DNA of 20,000 bases, from the IMG/VR virus record IMGVR_UViG_3300042350_004632, positions 52,314-72,313 of that record. One strand, written 5' to 3'. The translations under genes were made by a program, and so were the position numbers. Each line of letters starts with the position of its first letter. Position 1 is the first letter of the stretch. The DNA comes from an uncultured virus (IMG/VR IMGVR_UViG_3300042350_004632) (taxonomy: Duplodnaviria; Heunggongvirae; Uroviricota; Caudoviricetes). Below the pieces are notes generated by a model. That model was not told where the DNA came from, ran no database searches, and saw nothing but the letters and a program-made list of their open reading frames with translations. Positions 16,240-20,000 of the stretch are shown here, one piece after another.

Positions 16240-16482
16240 ATGAGTCAACAAGAACAAATTAAATTAAACATTGACCTAAAGAAAACAACTCCGATTGTTT
16301 GTGATGAGTGTGGTCATGATGTATTCCAAGAAGGTCTTATGCTTAGAAAAGCAAATAAATTTTTAACAGGTACACCTCAAGATGCTCTAATTCCATTACC
16401 TGTATTTAGTTGTTCTAAATGCGGTCATGTTAATGAAGCATTCCTACCAGAACCATTAAAGAATCTAGATGAATCTATTTGA
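16240..16482 (+). CDS. Zinc-ribbon protein
   Basis: CDECG...CSKCG. Confidence 0.75.
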   Translation: MSQQEQIKLNIDLKKTTPIVCDECGHDVFQEGLMLRKANKFLTGTPQDALIPLPVFSCSKCGHVNEAFLPEPLKNLDESI

Positions 16483-16876
16483 TTGGATAAATCAGATAAC
16501 ATATAATAAACAACCGTGGAATACATTTACGGATGAAGATAAATCTGAATTTAATACATTCATGATTCATCGTTTTATAAGTATGAATCCAGATTACATT
16601 GATGTTGTTAATATGATTCAAAAATATCCTAATTGTCCTAATAGAATGGTTTATAAATTCTATTGTGATTTATTACCTAAAAAGAAATCATTCTTTAAAT
16701 ATATTAAAGCAAGTGGTAAAAATGACTCTGAGACTATTAAAGCAGTAGCTGAATATTATCAATGTAGTACTCGTGAAGCTAAAGATTATGTTAACATAAT
16801 TGATACTCAATTAGTAAAAAATACTTTTAACTTGGGGACGCCAAGTACAAAACAAAAAAGGAGAAAAAAACAATGA
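16469..16876 (+). CDS. Putative clamp loader small subunit (gp62-like)
   Basis: NLFDWINQI, FMIHRFISM, KKSFFKYIK, VAEYYQCSTREAKDY resemble gp62; downstream of the gp44-like gene. Confidence 0.7.
   Translation: MNLFDWINQITYNKQPWNTFTDEDKSEFNTFMIHRFISMNPDYIDVVNMIQKYPNCPNRMVYKFYCDLLPKKKSFFKYIKASGKNDSETIKAVAEYYQCSTREAKDYVNIIDTQLVKNTFNLGTPSTKQKRRKKQ
16826..16846 (+). repeat. Left arm of a long-range inverted repeat enclosing ORF 16873-17181
   Basis: TTTAAC(T)TGGGGACGCCAAGT is complementary to 17192-17211; it also forms a local hairpin ACTTGG/CCAAGT. Confidence 0.8.
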
Positions 16877-17181
16877 TTACATTTTTATTAGGTGTTTCAG
16901 CTACAGTTGTGGTTGGGATACTGGTTTGGCTTACTATTGGTGCTATTAAGGTATCAAAAAAGGTCAAGTCAATAGAAGAAGAAATGAGAAATGTCTGGAT
17001 GGATATTGAGTCTAGATACAATTCAATTGAACGTGATCGACACGATTTACAAGAAGTTACTGATCGTAGAATTGATAATAACATTAGTTATATTGATTCA
17101 CGATTAGATAAACTAATTAATGAAATAAGCAATAAGTTTATCACTAAAAAAGATAAACTAGATAATACAGTAAATTATTAA
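16873..17181 (+). CDS. Membrane-anchored coiled-coil protein (102 aa)
   Basis: N-terminal TM followed by a charged helical region. Confidence 0.75.
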   Translation: MITFLLGVSATVVVGILVWLTIGAIKVSKKVKSIEEEMRNVWMDIESRYNSIERDRHDLQEVTDRRIDNNISYIDSRLDKLINEISNKFITKKDKLDNTVNY

Positions 17182-17191
17182 CAATTAATTA

Positions 17192-17211
17192 ACTTGGCGT
17201 CCCTAGTTAAA
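17192..17211 (+). repeat. Right arm of the long-range inverted repeat; overlaps a putative promoter -33 box
   Basis: ACTTGGCGTCCCTAGTTAAA; CTTG (17193-17196), 20-nt spacer, TAAATTTA (17217-17224). Confidence 0.8.
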
Positions 17212-17243
17212 TTAACTAAATTTAAATTATAAATACATTCTAT

Positions 17244-17522
17244 ATGAGTAAAATAATTGAACGCCCACAAGATGATATTACATGGTCAGTGATGGAAGAT
17301 TTAAAGTTGAGAGCAGATGTAGGTTTAAAAAAATATAATACAACATTAGGTGAAAATAACCATCAAAATATGCTTCAACATGCGTATGAAGAAGCATTAG
17401 ACATGGCTCAATATTTAAAAAAAGAAATAACTACATTAAATACAATTCAAGATTTAGTTAATAAATATCCTAATGATATGCAGTTGGGAGAACAAATAAG
17501 AATGAAATATGGCAAAAAATAA
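17244..17522 (+). CDS. Hypothetical protein, possibly an all-alpha NTP pyrophosphatase-like protein
   Basis: GLKKYNTTL...LQHAYEEALDMAQYL carries an EExxD helix motif. The function call is tentative. Confidence 0.5.
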   Translation: MSKIIERPQDDITWSVMEDLKLRADVGLKKYNTTLGENNHQNMLQHAYEEALDMAQYLKKEITTLNTIQDLVNKYPNDMQLGEQIRMKYGKK

Positions 17523-18450
17523 ATTAACTGAAGTTGAATTAAAAATAAAAAATACTGCACCTAAAGAAATAGATTATAGATTTCAAACCACAGTATCTTA
17601 TTCTCAATATTCTATATATCGTAGATGCCCTCATCAATGGTATTTGAATTATGTTAAAGGTTTAGCTTCATATCAAGCATCAATTCATACTATATTTGGT
17701 ACTTCAGTTCATGAAACAGTACAACATTATTTAAAAGTAATGTATGAGGAAAGTGGAGCAGCTGCTGACAGAATAGATATAATAGCTATGTTTAATGAAC
17801 GTTTTAGAGCTGTGTACAAAGAAGAATTTGAAAGAAGTAAACAACATTTCTCTAATCCAGATGAGATGAAAGAATTTTTTGAAGATGGGGTTAGTGTACT
17901 TACTTGGTTTAAAAAACATCGTACTCAACTTTTCTCAACTCGTAATGTAGTATTATTAGGAATTGAGATGCCATTAATGGTTAATCTATCTAAAAATTTA
18001 TTCTTAAAAGGTTATATTGATTTTGTATTATATGATAAAGATTTAGATAAAGTTTATATATATGATATCAAAACATCAAGACAAGGATGGAATGATAAAG
18101 CTAAAAAGGATGAGATAAAAATATCTCAAATATTACTTTATAAAGAATATTTTTCAAAACAATATAATATTGATATTGATAAGATTGAAGTTGAGTTTTT
18201 TATAATGAAAAGAAAAATTTGGGAGAATGATGCATTCCCTATACCTTATATATCATCATTTAAACCAGCTAGTGGTAAAACAAAACGTAAACAAGCAATG
18301 GAACGATTTAATTCATTCTTATCTGAATGTTTTGATGGTGATGGTAAATCAATAGATAAAGAATATCCTAAAATAGTAAGTAAAGATTCTTGTACTTATT
18401 GTCCATTCAGTAATGATAAAACACTTTGTAATAAGAATGTTGTTTTTTGA
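17509..18450 (+). CDS. PD-(D/E)XK nuclease (Cas4/AddB-like)
   Basis: SYSQ...CP, FGTSVHE, E...KGYIDFV...IYDIKT, QILLY, C-terminal CTYCPF...C. Confidence 0.88.
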   Translation: MAKNKLTEVELKIKNTAPKEIDYRFQTTVSYSQYSIYRRCPHQWYLNYVKGLASYQASIHTIFGTSVHETVQHYLKVMYEESGAAADRIDIIAMFNERFRAVYKEEFERSKQHFSNPDEMKEFFEDGVSVLTWFKKHRTQLFSTRNVVLLGIEMPLMVNLSKNLFLKGYIDFVLYDKDLDKVYIYDIKTSRQGWNDKAKKDEIKISQILLYKEYFSKQYNIDIDKIEVEFFIMKRKIWENDAFPIPYISSFKPASGKTKRKQAMERFNSFLSECFDGDGKSIDKEYPKIVSKDSCTYCPFSNDKTLCNKNVVF

Positions 18451-18490
18451 TTTCTGTATATATTTATATACGCAATAAAAGCAATATATT

Positions 18491-18685
18491 ATGGCAGAAA
18501 ATAAATTAACAAGTGTTAAAGTTAGTGAAGAGTTATTTGAAGAATTTAAAGTACTATGTGTACGTACAAAATTCTCACTTCAAAAATTAGTAGATAGAAG
18601 TATTCATATGTATTTAACTGATGATGATTTCAGAAAAGAAATACACGCTCACAATAACTTAGCATTATCCGGTAGTCAAGTTTAA
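18491..18685 (+). CDS. Putative ribbon-helix-helix DNA-binding protein
   Basis: LTSVKV strand followed by two helices (SEELFEEFKVLC, SLQKLVDRSIHMYL). Confidence 0.6.
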   Translation: MAENKLTSVKVSEELFEEFKVLCVRTKFSLQKLVDRSIHMYLTDDDFRKEIHAHNNLALSGSQV

Positions 18686-18704
18686 AAAATAATTAAAATA
18701 CGTT

Positions 18705-19976
18705 ATGAAAGAAGGTTACATTCCTAAAGAACAGAGAAAAAAAATACTCTTATTATGTGATGATATTAGATTTACATCTGGTATTGCTACTATAGCTAGA
18801 GAAATGGTTGTAGGTACATCTCATGTCTTTAATTGGACAAATGTAGGTGGTGCTATTAATCATCCAGAACAAGGTAAACGACTTGATTTAAGTCCAGACA
18901 CTAACATATTTAATGAAATTAATGATGCTAGTGTATTTGTATATCCAGTATCAGGTTATGGTGATCCTCAATTAATTAGAACATTAATAGACATAGAAAA
19001 ACCAGATGTGTTAATGTTTTTCACTGATCCAAGATATTGGACTTGGTTATTTCAAATGGAAAATGAAATTAGAAAAACCATACCTATGATTTACTTAAAT
19101 ATTTGGGATGAATATCCAGCACCATTATATAATGAGGCTTATTATGAATCATGTGATGGATTAATGGCTATATCAAAACAAACACTTAATATAAATAAAT
19201 TAGTGTTAGGTGATAAAGTTAAGAATAAAATATTAAGTTATATACCACATGGTATTAATGAAAAAATATTTCATCCTGTAGATAAAAATGATTCTAAATT
19301 ATTAAAAGCTAAGACTCAGATTTTTAAAGATAAGAATTATGATTTTACTTTAATGTTTAATTCTAGAAACATTAGACGTAAATCAGTTCCTGATACACTA
19401 GCTGCTTTTAAGTTATTTTTAGATAAATTACCTAAAGAAAAAGCAGACAAATGTGCTATTATATTACATACACAACCTATTGATGAACATGGTACAGATT
19501 TATATTCTGTTAGGGATATATTATTTACAGAAGAACAATGTTCTCAAATATATTTTTCAGATCAAAGAATATCATCTGAAGAAATTAATTTATTATATAA
19601 TTTATCTGATGCTGTTATATTATTATCATCTAATGAAGGATGGGGTTTATCATTGACTGAAGGTATGATGTGTGGTAAAATGATTATAGCTAATGTTACT
19701 GGTGGTATGCAGGATCAAATGAGGTTTGAGGATGAAAACGGCAATTGGATTGAGTTTGATAAAGATTTTTGTTCTAATCATTTTGGAACATATAAAAAAT
19801 GTGGAGATTGGGCAGTACCAGTATTTCCAAGTAGTATAAGTATACAAGGTTCAGTACCTACACCTTATATATTTGATGATAGAGTTGATTTTAAAGACGC
19901 AGCTGATGCTATAATGAAAGTATATGAGTTAGGAGCTGAAGAAAGAAAACGCAGAGGTGATTTAGCTCGTGAGTGA
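18705..19976 (+). CDS. Glycosyltransferase family 4 (GT-B); possibly interrupted by a premature TGA
   Basis: SGIATIAREM, IPHGIN, RNIRRKS, LYNLSD...SSNEGWGLSLTEGMMCG; the frame stays open after TGA 19974-19976. Confidence 0.9.
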   Translation: MKEGYIPKEQRKKILLLCDDIRFTSGIATIAREMVVGTSHVFNWTNVGGAINHPEQGKRLDLSPDTNIFNEINDASVFVYPVSGYGDPQLIRTLIDIEKPDVLMFFTDPRYWTWLFQMENEIRKTIPMIYLNIWDEYPAPLYNEAYYESCDGLMAISKQTLNINKLVLGDKVKNKILSYIPHGINEKIFHPVDKNDSKLLKAKTQIFKDKNYDFTLMFNSRNIRRKSVPDTLAAFKLFLDKLPKEKADKCAIILHTQPIDEHGTDLYSVRDILFTEEQCSQIYFSDQRISSEEINLLYNLSDAVILLSSNEGWGLSLTEGMMCGKMIIANVTGGMQDQMRFEDENGNWIEFDKDFCSNHFGTYKKCGDWAVPVFPSSISIQGSVPTPYIFDDRVDFKDAADAIMKVYELGAEERKRRGDLARE

Positions 19977-20000
19977 GTAACATCAGAAGAATCTAAAATG

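Noticed and set aside
17509..18450. CRISPR-Cas system suggested by the Cas4-like nuclease
   Set aside because: No repeat-spacer array or other cas genes are in the window; solo Cas4-like nucleases are common in phages.
575..19847. Short nested or antisense ORFs (575, 3072, 9433, 13292, 15686, 16827, 17731, 19453, 19650)
   Set aside because: They are shadows of well-supported + strand genes.
1..20000. Alternative genetic code (TGA or TAG reassigned)
   Set aside because: Long conserved genes are intact in code 11, and TGA ends several genes with normal ATGA coupling.

Overview
AT-rich, gene-dense, single-strand (+) segment of a large T4-like/jumbo tailed phage. A Bacteroidota host is likely, based on repeated YTTG-N20-TAWATTWR promoters, near-absence of Shine-Dalgarno sites, and Bacteroidota-style OMP and lipoprotein genes. 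Contents in order: end of a LamG-like gene; family B DNA polymerase and sliding clamp; a chaperone module (Hsp20, GroES, GroEL); an RNA island (a 156-nt tRNA-like RNA with a 76-nt variable arm, about 250 nt of unexplained structured RNA, tRNA-Leu(UAA), a free-standing HNH endonuclease, and a tmRNA with a long tag); a terminator-bounded envelope-protein block; a Pol-beta-type nucleotidyltransferase; ThyA; a metallophosphoesterase; clamp-loader subunits; a PD-(D/E)XK nuclease; and a GT4 glycosyltransferase. The most unusual signals are the RNA island and two genes (hsp20 and a 102-aa membrane protein) that are each enclosed by long-range complementary arms whose upstream arm can alternatively form a local hairpin. 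All structures were folded by eye; no searches were run.
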